From positions 14,012,001 to 14,076,000 of the forward strand of contig OZ176051.1 in the NCBI GenBank assembly GCA_964247055.1: a stretch of 64,000 bases of DNA, given 5' to 3'. Below, in pieces: positions 1 to 13,587 of this stretch; the first letter of the stretch is position 1; each line of letters begins with the position of its first letter. Made by a program: the position numbers and the translations under genes. The notes under the pieces were generated by a model. The model did no database searches. It was not told the DNA's origin and saw only the letters and a list, made by a program, of their open reading frames with translations. The stretch comes from Paragordius varius. Its lineage: Eukaryota > Animalia > Nematomorpha.

Positions 1-336
1 TAATTTTGAAAGAGAATTATATAAAATTAATAATGATTTTATCCTAATATATGACATGATGATTTAAAGCAAATATTTGAAGGGAGGTCAATGAATTATG
101 AACAGGCTGATGTTGAGAATAGGCGCTTGAAGATAAAGTGGAGAGATATAATAAATAAGGAAATGAAACAGTTGGTTAGATTAAAATATTGATAAAAATG
201 AGGGTAATGACCACTTTAATAACTTTAAAATACCTATTTTTTGAAAATTTTTTATAAATATTTAAAATCCGGGGCCCCTCAACTATGGCGCTCGCTGCAT
301 CAGCCGCCTTTCCCCCGCCCCCTAGCTGCGCCACTG
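1..336. mobile_element. Right part of a non-autonomous hAT element (paralog of 38172-39410)
   Basis: Ends in ccccctagctgcgccactg followed by tttgaaca, the same terminus and flank as at 39410. Confidence 0.75.
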
Positions 337-2092
337 TTTGAACAATGACATATAATATATGTAATAAACTAATCTTATGAATATGTATCATTTAAATAGT
401 TGTATCATAATAATAATATTAAAAATATTTTTTGGTTTTTTGGAAAGTTGGTAGCTTTCTCAATGTTATAATATAAAATATTTAAAAATATGTGTTTTCA
501 CAAAATTTTACCCACCATGTTATATATATAATATGTAATTATTCAAGTTTACCGAAACGACTACACCTGGAAAGTATATCAAATGCGAAAATATTGGCAC
601 CAATATTGATTGGGAAGTAAGAATTTTTATGTAAACTCAATATTTTAGGAACTCAAGAATATTAGTGATCCCAATGGGATATATGAAGTAATATATAATT
701 GTTAATCTTTTTTCCATTAAAAATGGCTAGAAAATAGCGTTTGCCGTTATGAGAAAGCGCTGGAATAAACATGGAATCCTATGCAAAGAACAAATAAAAT
801 TTAATGATAAACAACCCAAATTTACCAAAATGTATGGCTCATTTGTCGGGACTTTGTTGAAGGGAAACAACATGTAAGTATAATATAAAAATGAACGGTA
901 AATTAATAACTCTTTCGATTACTTGGCCTAATTACAACGCCATTTTTACTAATTCAGTGTTGAAAAAACCTATGAGTGCGCACATATTCTATGATATTCT
1001 AATCTATAAATCTTATTAATAGAATGTTGAAAGATTTTCTAATCCTGTATGTCGCAAATATGTTGGCACCATACACCGTCCCTGATTATAGAGATCATCA
1101 GGCCAAGTTAAACGAAACCCACAAATATTTTAACTCATCTGATGTGGATGCCAGGTGTGTAAATATGATATTATCCGAGCAAGTGGATTTATCAAAATAC
1201 TCAATTTATCTTAGTCAACAAAATTTTTCCGTTTCTGAAGTAATAATGTTTTTTTCTTACAATATGTTATAAAGCAATCTTAATTTCTTTTCTATAGTTT
1301 GCTTTATTGGTTTTTATAACAGTTACAAAATATGGTGAATAAGTATCTCAACAAAACCGATTTGCACAAACGATATTACGCAAATGATTCAGTAAATTTT
1401 TTTTAATAGCTATTTTTGTAGGAATTTAGTGAAATGGTATCAAACATGTTCGTCCAGCAACATAATTCTATAGAAATGGTATGCATATATTATTAATTAT
1501 TTCAATATTATTATTGAGTTTTGTGTTGGGTAGTTAGTTTGTAAACATTAATATCTTTTCTAAAACATATACTAATCGCCTTTTTTCTACTTAGTAAGTT
1601 TCAAGTATAAGGGTTGTAATGTGTATTATTCTTCATTAATAACGACTCTTATGTATTAAAAATAAACACTGATAGTAAATGAAAATTTTTCTTAGATAAT
1701 TTTAAATTAAACGTTTTTTTTTCAATAAAAATGACATAAAACTGTGCGACACGAGAAAAAAACTGCAAATTACACGATTATAGACTAATACACCTCAGAT
1801 TACACCTTGATTTCGAATTATTATTAATATAAAAAATTACCTACTTTTTGTTTTAAACAGAAAATTTTGTTAAAACAACATAATACGGAAAAATAAACTA
1901 TGCCATAAAAAATATATATCAATAAAAATGAGAAATACAAAAACACAATTTACGGTGATATTTAAATATTTTGGGTAAATTTGGAGTGTTAATTTTTTAT
2001 ACTGTGCCGACAACATCCGTAAAGTTTGTTAACCTCTCAAATATGTATGTTTGTGACACGTTTGGCAAACATTAAAGCTTAGGAAATATTTA

Positions 2093-3215
2093 TCAGTTCT
2101 CATATGTTTTTATCGGTTTTTGGTTAAAAATGGTAATTTCGAAATGATATCAATTATTTATATTATTCAAAATATTTTTCATTGACTTCTACACATTCCC
2201 ATCTCTCAATTAATATTTGAATGCCGCGGAAAAAATTGTATTTTGCGGAAATCATTCGTCAAGTCATTTTCCAACGTCTTCGAAATTAACGTGTTCCTCT
2301 GCAGGGGTATACCCTATATGGCGCAAGGTCATGAGACAGTAGATGCGAAAGAATTTTCGATCGAAGCGACTTCGATATGTCTTTCACTGGTTTTGCTGTG
2401 TAAGACGGATAACCTTGTCATAAAGCAAAATCTTTTTATCATATCTTCTGGCCGATTCCGGTCGTTTTTCGATTAATGTTGTTTAAATTAATCATTAGTT
2501 GGCGATAGCGTTGTGGTATTAACGGTTCCACTGGTTTTCAAAATACACCTAATACCGCTCGAGTCTTACCAGACACAGAGCATGGTCTTCTTGCGAAGCG
2601 ATTCAGTGATATTGAGAGACCGACTTGGCAAGGTTAAAACAACGATTTTTTTCGCTTTGTATTTGCAAACTTAAGCACCTTACGAGTACGAATATGACGC
2701 TAATAATCTTTTTTTGTGACGTTGAAGCAATTTCACAATGCACTTTGCCATTTTTGATTTGACGTTCATTATTGTATGAGACCCATTCACCGAGTTTAAT
2801 AATCTTTGCTCTTAGATATCGATTGATTGTTTTTTGTGATACATGTGATGCTTTTCCCAAGTGTTTATTTATTGTAATAATTTACCAAAGTGCCCACCCT
2901 CCTTCAAGAACATCACAATTATTATATCGAAATTATGTTTTATATATAGATAGAGTATGCCTATCAGAAGTTTCTACCAGAAAGCTATAACTTTCAACAG
3001 CTTTTTTCTTCTAATGGCCATGCGTGCCGCAAATGTTCTTTTTCTGACACAAACGACATTATTATATAAGATGCTAGTTTTTGGTGAAATCAATTTGTCT
3101 GTGTTTGTAACTTAATGTCAGATGAAAAAAATGGGGTACGTATCAAATTTATAGTATGCGTTCTTTTTGCAGACGTTTTCTTATAGTTAAACCGGTAACA
3201 ACATATGACACCTGG
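2093..3215 (-). mobile_element. Degenerate mariner transposon in an intron of the M13-like gene
   Basis: TA-flanked imperfect terminal inverted repeats (TIRs): tcagttctcatatgtt..cggttt and aaaccggtaacaacatatgacacctgg. The minus strand holds frameshifted mariner C-terminal remnants (TVNT..Y.Q.MINLN; FEDVGK.LDE; RWECVE...YFE*). Confidence 0.8.
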
Positions 3216-3414
3216 TATTTAAGTATATGTTATAACTCGTATCTTAAATATTTTCCTACTCACCCAATACCAATCCATTATTATGGCCCACATCTGTTAA
3301 ATGGCTAAAGATTATTCACAGTATAAATAAAGATTGGTAGTGTTTTATTTAATAGTGCGAGATAGAAATTACATGTCTGTTGTCAATGAGATTTTTACAT
3401 TATACACATATATA

Positions 3415-3744
3415 CCATTTACAGTTCAAATTCACCCTTGAACAATTCAAATTCACCCTTAAGCAATTCAAATTCACCTTCGAACAATTCAAATTCCCCG
3501 TAAAATAAATTAGGTGTTTTTTAGGATTAAATATTACCTATATTTTTTTTATATTTTTAAAAAAAGATATTTTGTATGTAATCAAAATAATACTTAATAA
3601 ATAATAAACTTTCCAATAAAAAATATATTTAATTTTAATGATGATTAATATTAGACCGAAACGTCATACTTTATTTTTAGGGTGAATTTGAATTGTTCGA
3701 GGGTGAATTTGAATTGTTTAAGGGTGAATTTGAATTGTAAATGG
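3415..3744. mobile_element. Foldback MITE with 21-bp subterminal tandem repeats, inserted in a (TA)n tract
   Basis: TIRs CCATTTACA..TGTAAATGG flanked by TA. ttcaaattc units at 3425, 3446, 3467 and 3488 are mirrored by three units on the right. Absent from the paralogous site near 42770. Confidence 0.85.
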
Positions 3745-4102
3745 TATATATATATATATATATATATATGTTGGCCAATTCAGATTATTTTAGGCCAATT
3801 GGTAACAGTAGTGCTCAAATTTTCACCGCCATTTTTAGGTTTCAAATTTTTTTAATCGCTAATACATTAAAACAGTAAATTAGTAAATGAAATTGATGGC
3901 AAGAGAAGAAAGGGTACTCTTTTCTTATAATGATATAAAAATAGACCGACCTACGTATTCTTACCACCGAACAATTAAAGATGGTAAGTTGTAACGGAAA
4001 TTGTTTAGTGGGAAAAATCTCAGAATCTGGAGTCTTTACCTAATATATCTAGCAAAATTTGAGATCTTTTAGATGCTCATGGGCACATTGTTGGAACACA
4101 TA

Positions 4103-4376
4103 TTTAAAATTGAAATTATACGAACAAAACATAAAAATATAAAGATAAATATTTTTTTCTAAAAGACAACCATACTTTTAAAAATAATGCCCATATAAGC
4201 TACTTAGTTACCATTGTAAAAAGATTGATTGTGTTAGTTGTAATATCTATTTCACAGTCCATTTAAAACAATGAGTTATTTTGAAATAAATCAAGATTAA
4301 AAAGTATCGTTGTCTTTTAGAAAAAAAAATTTGTCTTTATATTTTTACGTTTTGTCCGTATTTTCAGTCTTTACTG
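4103..4376. mobile_element. Tc1/mariner-type MITE (TA TSD)
   Basis: ~60-bp inverted arms (atacgaacaaaac..aaaagacaac / gttgtcttttag..gttttgtccgtat) and a right end actg|ta. Empty site acacatatcttt at ~44572. A truncated copy lies at 17506-17690. Confidence 0.75.
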
Positions 4377-7300
4377 TATCTTTTTTTCAAAATATTCTAT
4401 ATCAGTAGTCACCAAAAATTTTTAAGGGCCCAAAAACTATTTTTTCTATCTCAAGGGCCATAATAACGATATTATTATCGATGTTTGACACATTAGGGCC
4501 ATAAAAAAGCAATTTTAGGGCTGCGGTTGCATACTGATCTATAGTCGTATCAATTTCCAACATATAATCCAAAAGTAAATGGATTAAATTCGTAGCACAG
4601 TGCTGGTAAAGTTTAGGGTCAAACAATATATGCTTTGGCTTATTTTCTAGAAAACAATTAATTCACTGAATAATCATTATTTGTCATTCAGATTAAACCA
4701 AATCCAAGAGCTGAATACTTTTTACCTAACATGCATGATGTGAGGAATGCACGACCCACACATTTTTTCAATGCCAAATACAGGTAGGTTAATCTAATTA
4801 TTCCATAATAAAAAAAAGAATTTTAAATTTAATCTTGGAGAAAACATTTTCTATATATAGACATATTTATATAATATAGTTTGATGCCGAGAGTAAGCTC
4901 TAAGCCTGGGGCTACATTTATGTATGATCGTCCCAAAATTGATTTCTCTTTTATAATAAAATGCAATAATGTACTTACTACTAATTTATATTCTTTAATA
5001 TAGCAACAACTACATGTTTGGTTATGAACTTCTACCCTTCAGTAATTAATCTAAAATTATGTGACTATATAATATTATCTACATTTTATAGAAAAGACAA
5101 AATGCAATGGAACTTTTTGGGACATCGATCTTTTACAAAATGCAATAGAATTAGCAACGGTATTAAATTTTTAAATAATACTAAAAACTGGCCTCCCTTC
5201 CCATGATTTTTTTATTTCCTATATTTTTTTAAAAAATAGATTGCTTCTTCTTCTAATCAGAAAGAAGCCATTGATATGACTCAATTGCAATTGGAATCTA
5301 TGTTGGAGGTATGTGTGTCTGTATTTATTACTGTCAAAAAATATGTTTCACATATTGTTTCGGATTGTATAATAAATCGTTAATAATTTAAATTAGGAGT
5401 ATTGTGAAAATCCATACATGGATCCAGAATTGACAAAAAATTTATTTTTAACGCTTGGATCTATGAAATCAGCCGAACGAAAATTCTCGTGCAGACCTCT
5501 TAAGATATCCCATGCAAATTGCACTATTGAATAAAATTAAATATACTATCAACTTTCATCAATATACTATTGCTATTGGGCTTTCATGATTATTAATTAT
5601 CCATTTTGTAATTATCAAAAATAAATATTTCAGCATCTATTATATTTTAACGTTTTTACTGTACTTATTGAGTTTCTCTACAAATTCCTACATAATTGAT
5701 AAATTATGAATCGGGGTATGAATAATCACTAGATGGAATTTACTTCAGTTTGATTGTATCACTAAATATGAACATTTTGCGAGCGCCACTCAAAAAGAAA
5801 TTTTATTAAATTTAGTGTTAACCAAATCTAAAATTATTTTTAATCTTCCAAAATAAAATTAATGGTTTTCCGATTAAAACAAAAGATCACACTATTTTTT
5901 TATCGAAACAATAAAAAATTTAAATTAGCAAATTATATCATGAAATAAAGCGTTAAAAACGATATATAAATAAATCGGGTATTACAGTATGGGTGTGTTA
6001 AAAGCTGTTTTTTAAACTTTTCTATAATATAAAATACTGAAATGTGCATTTTATTTATCAAAGTGTCGGAATTTATAATCTATATTTTCGGTTATTTCCT
6101 AAAGTTCTGAGTTTTTTATATAAATGCGTCAAATATAAGTTACGGCTCTAATTTATTTCCTTATGGATAGTTTTTAATTTTAAATTTAGATCAGGTGTGC
6201 GCTAATTTTGGATATTATACATAGGATCCTATAAATAGGGATTTTAAGAAAGATTACAATGAAAGACATGAAATCTCAATTTCTTCAAAAAACTTTCTCA
6301 TGTTATATGAACCAACATTTCTAAACTATTTTTTATATTGATTACGTATAAGAGTTTATTTACCAACATTGTTTCACATATATAATATATTTTGAATTGA
6401 TAATTCATTTATTGTGAACATAAAAATTGTATTAAACATTAAAATCCACATTAAATCGTCAATCACATTTAAGGCATTCCTGATTTGTATCCAGATTCAA
6501 ATCTTTTGATGTCGTAATACATCCGCTTACCGACTTGATCGGCAACCATTGAAATTGACAATTGATGTTGTTTACAAGGCACGTGGCACAGATTTAAAAG
6601 CGCTAGGCACATCAGGGCTTAAATATTAGTTTTGTCGTTTTGCCATAAAAGCTTGGAAGAAATGAAAATGGCAAAAACTACCCGAATAGGTTGATATGAA
6701 ACGTCACCAAGATTGGCTGGTTAGTATATGTTAAATCATTGGTACTAAAAATGGCATTTTATCTATAAGCTTTTTTCAAATCGTGTTTTTTAATACGACA
6801 TGCACATCGCATATTTTTTTGGAGACCATGTTCCTTTTGGTGTCAAAATATTTCGTGAGTTTTCTATTATCATTAAATTTCAATTTTAAATATAAATTTT
6901 CCACAACACATACACAAAATATTCATTTTTGGACTAAAAGAAAAATATCCCTGCTTGAAAAAACCAAAATAATTACAAACCAAATCTGGCCGTAACTTCA
7001 TTGATAATAGGTATAATATATATAATAAAATATTGGGTAAATAGTCTATAGCGAGTAAAAAAATAACCTTTCTCGGAGCTAAATATAAAAACCATTATTT
7101 AATTAATTGCAGCTTATATATTTTTAAAGTTACGGTCGTTCAAATCACAACTTAGGGTTCAGAGAGTTGGTCAATATAAATATATTTCAATCTATATTTT
7201 TTACTTTAAATTAGGTGAATGACAGTGTTGGAAATACCGACCTTATGAAAAATATTAAGCCAACATTAGCTGACCATTATATTAAAATTTAATATTAAAT

Positions 7301-7996
7301 TGGCTTCTTATGTCAATAAAGAAATAAGCATTTTGATAATCCATATATTTTAATAATAAAGGGAAAAAATCAGCTTGCGCTTATAAGATATAAAATCTAA
7401 TTCTAAAACGCAAAAAATTATAGACACACATGCTTTTACTTTTTTCTCTTAGTGCTGGTAGGTTTATAACCCTGAAAATTTTGTTGTAAAAAGTATTCTT
7501 TTGATATTTTAGTTACAATTTAAATATAAAACAGTGTTCTCATGTACTAGCTGTAAAAGCTTATATAAACAGTTTGGTGACTTTTAAGGTTTAAAATTAG
7601 AACAGCTCCAAAACACGATTGAGGCAAACAGCTGATATTAAAAACATAAAAACAAGTTTTTGTTAAAATGTAGCCTGAAAGCTTATCGAAGTAACTTTTA
7701 CTATTTCTATATACTTTTGTTTTCTCAATTATTAGAATTTAAGAAAAATATGGTGAAAAAGTTAGATGATTTTTTACAATTTTACTTTTTTAAAAAAAAT
7801 TGTATAATGAGCCCAAATGGCTAAGAAAGCATTTTTTGAAATTCAGCTTGATACCTTAAATACTTTGATAATTAATTTCTCGGGGATATAAAACTACCCC
7901 ACAAAGTCATGGAGTGATGCTGTACTGTTGAACCGAAAGCATGAAAACCTTTCGCTCAAAATCTTCATTCCGAAACTGTCTATGCATAAATCATTA

Positions 7997-8980
7997 CACT
8001 AAACAACATATTATTCTGCCACTCAACCATTTACTGATATTTACTATCATTTTAACAGTAAATCTGAAATAAAAATAATAATTTCACCTAAGTTGAATAA
8101 TTTGATTTTTCGATTATGCGCCCTCTTTATCAAATTTTTATTTAGAAATCCTTAAAAATTTACAATAATGCCATTCGAAAGAATAAAATCTATATAATGC
8201 ATACAAAGTTAATATTGGACATGCGACAAACGCGCGAGAGCGTTTTTCTTAATTAATATTGAAATTAATGGATGAAAATAGCACAAACTTTGTGTAGATG
8301 ACAATCAATGTCCAAAAAAGATAACACTAGGATTTTTTTTTGATTAAAACACTTATTTATTGCTTATCATTCAAAATAGCCTTTTTTAAGTGTTTTGTAA
8401 AAAATTACCATCTCACAATATTAATTTATTTTGCTAAAAACAAAATAGGTATTTTATTTTTTTTTAACCACTATGTTAATTTAAAGTTAAAACTTGCATT
8501 TTAATATTCACTAGGTAAAATAATTTTGATAATAATAATTTTTATTAAAAAAGCGCTAACCAAAAGCTTTTTCAAAGATTTTTTTAAATTTTATACTAAT
8601 GTAACCCTTATAATTATGTTAAAATAATTTATATGATTTTTCAATTAGTTTGTCTGAGAAAATTTTTGACTTTAAGGGTGGAAAATTTTGACCATATAAC
8701 CCCAAATAACTTTTACATCAGATTGATTTAAATGGCAAACCACCATTAGAAAAATAGAGTGTTTTGCGCTCTTTCGAATGAAATAAAAATGGCTCTATAT
8801 CTAAAACTTCTAATTTTGAAAATACGAGTGTAATGCCAAATCGGAGCCAAAAATTATCGATAAACCCTGATAAAAAAATAGGTGTTGGACCATTTGTTTT
8901 TTCAGATATCCTATTTATGAATTTTAATGAAATAAATTTTAAAATTACAATAATGGCACTTAAAGATTCAAAGTATAGTG
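7997..8980. mobile_element. Non-autonomous CACT-terminated (CMC/Chapaev-like) element, family 1
   Basis: tta|CACTA...TAGTG|tta. Empty paralogous site cattatataatg at 50861. Confidence 0.85.
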
Positions 8981-9446
8981 TTATATAATGATTTTATTAG
9001 ATTTAAACATTCATTAATATGCTTATGTGCAAATATTTTACGATTGCATGAGAGATTTGGTAACTGTTAACATCAGGTGTTGGCTGGTATTAATGCATCA
9101 TACATTACTAATTTTTGGTTTAATATTATGCATATAAAATGAATATACCTAATTCACATAAATGTAAAAATATTTTAAACTAAATATATTGAAAATCTCA
9201 ACGCATAACCAAAGAGTTTAATTGAACAAAAATAAAAATTTTAAATTGTGTTAATTTTCTTACCAATTTCAACTATAACAACTTAATAATAATATTTACT
9301 ATCTGCAGTTTCTTGAATAGGTACATTATCTCACCATTTCTCGCACGCACAGATTCGATAAATCTTGAATTTATCAAAACTCTCTCCCCAGATACTTTGC
9401 CTTTCAAACTAGATGACTGACAATCATTTAATTGGATAATTAAATC

Positions 9447-9910
9447 TATACAATTTGCATTTCAAGGTCCTTAAACACTTCAAGTTGGCAGTTTGGATTC
9501 AATTATGACTGCATCTATTTTGATTTTTTATATTTTATGTATTTACTCATTTAAAATTTATATTTTTCATTCAAAACCCATTTTTGTTTCAATGTATTTT
9601 TCAACGCTATTATTGACTTATAACTGTTTTTAATAAAAAATTATAATTAATAAACCAGAAAATTAAAATATTTTTTAATTACTTCTTGAAATCTTATTTA
9701 TATTAGAATTTTTTAATAAATTAATAAAGGTATATTGTAAATGTAAATAAGTAAATAATGATTTAAAAGTTAGGTTAAATAAAGAGAATTTTAAAAGTGT
9801 TAAAAGATGAAAGGTATATGTATAAATATTGAGTGTTCAAGAACACTCTTAATATGAAGGACCAACTATTAGAAGTGTTCAAGGACACTCTTGAAGTTCA
9901 AAAGATATAT
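9447..9910. mobile_element. Probable ~460-bp MITE (also at ~51325-51780)
   Basis: Inverted motif aatttgca(c/t)ttcaag..ccttgaacacttc versus gaagtgttcaaggacactcttgaagt in both duplication copies. Confidence 0.45.
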
Positions 9911-10217
9911 ATTATTAGGGTGACCAGCCCGCTTTTTTACGATTATATAAAAAAATTTTTTTAAATATATTTAAATTCTTATCCGTTTAAATTTTTTATC
10001 ATTAGTTATCTTAAAAATATATATCAATTTTAAATTAAAATTAATTTTTAAATAATTATTTATTTTTTTCGAATTATATCATTATTATGCACTTTGCTTC
10101 CTACTCCTACTGCCAACATTATCAAAATGACATAATACCACAAATCGGTAGCTTATACGTTTACTCCAGAAAATTAAGATAATATAATATTTTTATATAC
10201 TAATATTGTTTAAAAAT

Positions 10218-12039
10218 ATGAATAGAAAAAGAGGTTGTAAATTTAACGATGAATTAATGAATCTTTTATCAAAAAAACTGAGAATGAATCATTTGTTAAA
10301 TGTTCTTTATGCGAGGGGAATTCACCCTAGCACATGGCGGCAAGCATGATATTACAAAGCATATAATAACACAGAAACATGAAAAATGTTTAGATATGGC
10401 GGCATCATCTTAAAAAATGAGCGTCTATTATCGAAAAACCGCTTTTGGAGAGGAAGAAAAGAATTTGGCACTATCCGAAGGTGTTTTGTCTTTTCACGTT
10501 AATCACAATCATTCCTTTAGATCTATGGATTGTACCTCACAGGTTATTCGTATCTTATTTAATAAGAATTTACATGTGCTCGTAGAAAGGTTGAAGCCAT
10601 TGTATGCAATGTCCTTTCGCTACAACATTTTCTGAAATAAAAAAAGATTTGCTGAAAATTAATTTCATATCGCTATATCTAATGCATCAAAACACAAGGA
10701 AACAAATTTCTACTTTAATAAGATATTTATATCCAGCGGGGTAAAAATTAAAAGTTTAATTTTATTTCTCTACCCGGTGAAAATTCCGACATAATTTTTC
10801 ATTAATGAATATTCTAGAAAAAAAATCTAAAAGACAAAATCATTGCATATTGCGCTGACACCAATACGAACTTCGTCAAAAAATCAAGGAGGGGAATAAA
10901 AAATATTTTTCATAAATTAGCAGATAATCTTAATCAAAACATTATTGGCGTTGGGTGTGCCACGCATATAATACACAACGCTATTCAAACAGCTGCTGAT
11001 TTGTTACTAGATGTGGAAAATGGAGCTGTTAAAATATATTCCTATTTTTATATATATACGTTACGCCTTGAGACGCTTAAGGAATTCTGTGAAAATGCAG
11101 AAGTTTAATATCAAAAAATGCTTGGATTGTAAAACTCGTTGGTTAGCTCTTCTGCCAGTTATCGAAAGAATTTTAAAATATATGATCCTTAAAAATCCTA
11201 TTTTTTATCACAGGACAAATGTCCTACAACTTTGAAAAGTTTTTTGAAAGTGAATCTTCAATAAAAATATGATTAGATCCTACATAATCAAGCTTCTCTC
11301 TTTCAAAATGTAATTGATAGAAGGTGACAAAATTTCGGCAATCGAAGTAGCCAATGAACTTAGTAACCTGAAATTCCAATGTCAAGAAGGTTAAAAAATA
11401 ATTTTATACCATTAACCATCCGCAATATTGTATATAATTTAGAAAAACTAGGCTTAATAAATCGCCAACATATACTGTCCCATATAAATGTGTTTTATAC
11501 AAACTGTAAAGATTATTTGGAAGACTGGTCGGTGCAATTTAATGAAATTTATCCTTTTCATTGGATTATATTAAAACCAGAATTTAATTGGTGCGATGTT
11601 CAAAAATGATTTGATTACATCTGCATCTCATAAAAATTCCCAAAAAGTAATCTTTCAGAAAATCTTTTTTCTGAAATATCGTTACTTAAAAATAATATTA
11701 ATAATGAAAAGCTTAAATTATGGACAACGGAAAAAATAGGGTAGAAAAAAATGGTTAGATATAATTTCGTATTTTGAAATAAATTATATTCCATACAATA
11801 ATATTTAAAAATTGAATTTGCATTATCTTTACCTGGAACCAACGCTGCTACTGAGCGCGTTTTTCCACAGTAAATCAGGTGTGGACATCGGAAAAATCAA
11901 ATTTAAATGTTGAAACTTTAAAGGCCATTTTATCTGTCATGTATAATTTGGCAAATTCTTGTAAAGACATCTACAATATTTAAAAAATGATGACAATCTG
12001 CTAAAACACATTCACTCAAATAAAAAATTTAAAGAATAA
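10218..12039 (+). pseudogene. hAT transposase pseudogene (zinc finger, DDE and dimerisation remnants)
   Basis: Frameshifted segments KCSLCEG.FTLAHGGKHDITKHI, HNHSFRSMDCTS, GVGCATHIIHNA, KTRWLALLPVIERIL and SLPGTNAATERVF. Confidence 0.9.
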
Positions 12040-12353
12040 AATATTTTTTTATTTATACAGTTTTTGTGTGAAAAAAAAAATTCTTAATGTATAAGTATGC
12101 ATAATAATTTGTCAAATTATATTTGAACACATAAAATGGCTCTTAAAGTTTCAACATTTAAATTTGCTTTTTCCTTGTTCACACTTTCACTGTGGAAAAA
12201 CGCGTTCAATAGCAGTGGTTCCAGGTAAAGATAATGCAAATGATTCATTTCAAATATTGTGTATGGAATATAGTGTGTTGTTTAAAAATGATTATTTCAA
12301 ACCATTTTTATTATACTGTATTTTTTTATTGTCCATAATTTAAGTTTTCATTA

Positions 12354-13466
12354 CACTGGACAACAAATTTTTCTGCCACTCGAGTTTTTTGAATTTTCTG
12401 ATATTTAATATCATTTTAATAGTAAATCCGAAATAAAAATTATAACTCGTTGGAAGAATTTTGTATAATTTGATTTTTTTGATTATGCGCCCTCTTTATC
12501 AAAATTTTACTAAAAAATATTTTTCTTTGAAAATATTCAAGTAATGCCCATTTGTAATATATCATTCGAAAGAGTAATAAAAACTCTTTAAAATGCATAC
12601 TAATAAGTATTACCTCGACAGTTAATATTGGACACAAAGAGCGACAAACCCGCGAAGCGAGAGCATTTTTTTTGATTATTATATTTTTAAAACTAATGGA
12701 TGAAAATACGAACTTTGTTTAGATGGTGATGAATGTCCAAAAAAGATAACACAAGAAAGTTTTTTTGATTAAAACATTTTTTATTGCTTTTATGTCACTC
12801 AAAACAGCCATTTTTAAGTTTTTTGTTTTTTAAAAATTACCATCTCATCAATATTAATTTATTTTCTTTATAAGGCTGATAATTTCGAAATTTTAAAGAA
12901 ACAAAGTTTAAGGTATTTTTGATCTTTTATAGCCATTATGTAATAAATTAACAGTTATAACTATGCATTTATCCACTAGGTAAAATATTTATGATAATAA
13001 TAATTTTTATTAAAAAAGCAAACCAATAGCTTTTTCAAACATTTTTTTTAAATTAAATACTAATATAACCCTAATAATTATATTAAAATAATTTATATGA
13101 TTTTCAAATTAGTTTGTCTGTGAAAATTCTTGACTTATTTAAGGATTTAAAATTTCGACCATTTAAATCCAAATAACTTTTACATCCGATTGATTTAAAT
13201 GACTTACTACCATTTAATAGATGCAGTTTTTTGTGCTCTTTCGAATGATATAAAATACATGGCTTCATATCTAAAACTTTTAATTTTCTAAATTTCGAGT
13301 TTAATGTTAAATCGGGGCCAAAAATTATCGATAAACCCTAATATAAAAAAATTCTTCCTTGCTGGACCATTTTTCTTTTCAGATATACTAATTATGTACT
13401 TTAATGAAATAAATTTTAAATTTACAAGAATGGCATTTAAAAAAAGTTAAAATTTGTTGTCTAGTG
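12354..13466. mobile_element. CACT-terminated element, family 1
   Basis: 16-bp TIR cact(g/a)gacaacaaatt with TTA TSD (12351-53 and 13467-69). Internally homologous to 7997-8980. Confidence 0.9.
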
Positions 13467-13587
13467 TTATCAATATATTTATTTAATAATGATAATTCAG
13501 AAAAAAGTGTCATTGAATTGCACCGTCTTGTCTTCCAAATAATATTTTCAGTTTGTATAAAACATTTTTATATCCTGGCTATTTATT

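Larger units (their letters stand above)
548..5534 (+). pseudogene. Neprilysin/M13-fold non-catalytic protein gene, copy 1 (3' part; probably disabled)
   Basis: Phase-consistent GT-AG exons: 548-616 (..NIDWE), 731-873, 1023-1239 (LKDFLILYVANMLAPY..RCVNM), 1323-1391, 1422-1478, ~3770-3838, 3904-3983, 4692-4783, 4880-4921, 5004-5041, 5092-5159 (KCNGTFWD), 5240-5308 (TQLQL), 5397-5534 (EYC..FSC..CTIE*). Defects: acceptor CAG>CAT at 3398-3400, a MITE in that exon, and a phase shift at 3983. Confidence 0.7.
1..9915 (+). repeat. Segmental duplication, copy 1 (continues beyond the left window edge)
   Basis: Colinear with 39077-51781 once copy-specific TEs are removed. Base 1 taattttgaaaga matches 39077; homology ends at ttgaagt(t/g)caaa..gatata at ~9905 and ~51775. 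Confidence 0.95.

Noticed and set aside
3421-3740. 21-bp repeats and the ~160-bp Helitron repeats as a CRISPR-like array
   Set aside because: No unique spacers, no cas genes, eukaryotic context. They are subterminal or internal TE repeats.
4402-4626. Minus-strand ORF with a leucine-rich-repeat-like look
   Set aside because: It lies antisense within an intron of the M13-like gene, its frame is not conserved in the paralog, and it has no convincing LxxLxLxxN repeats.
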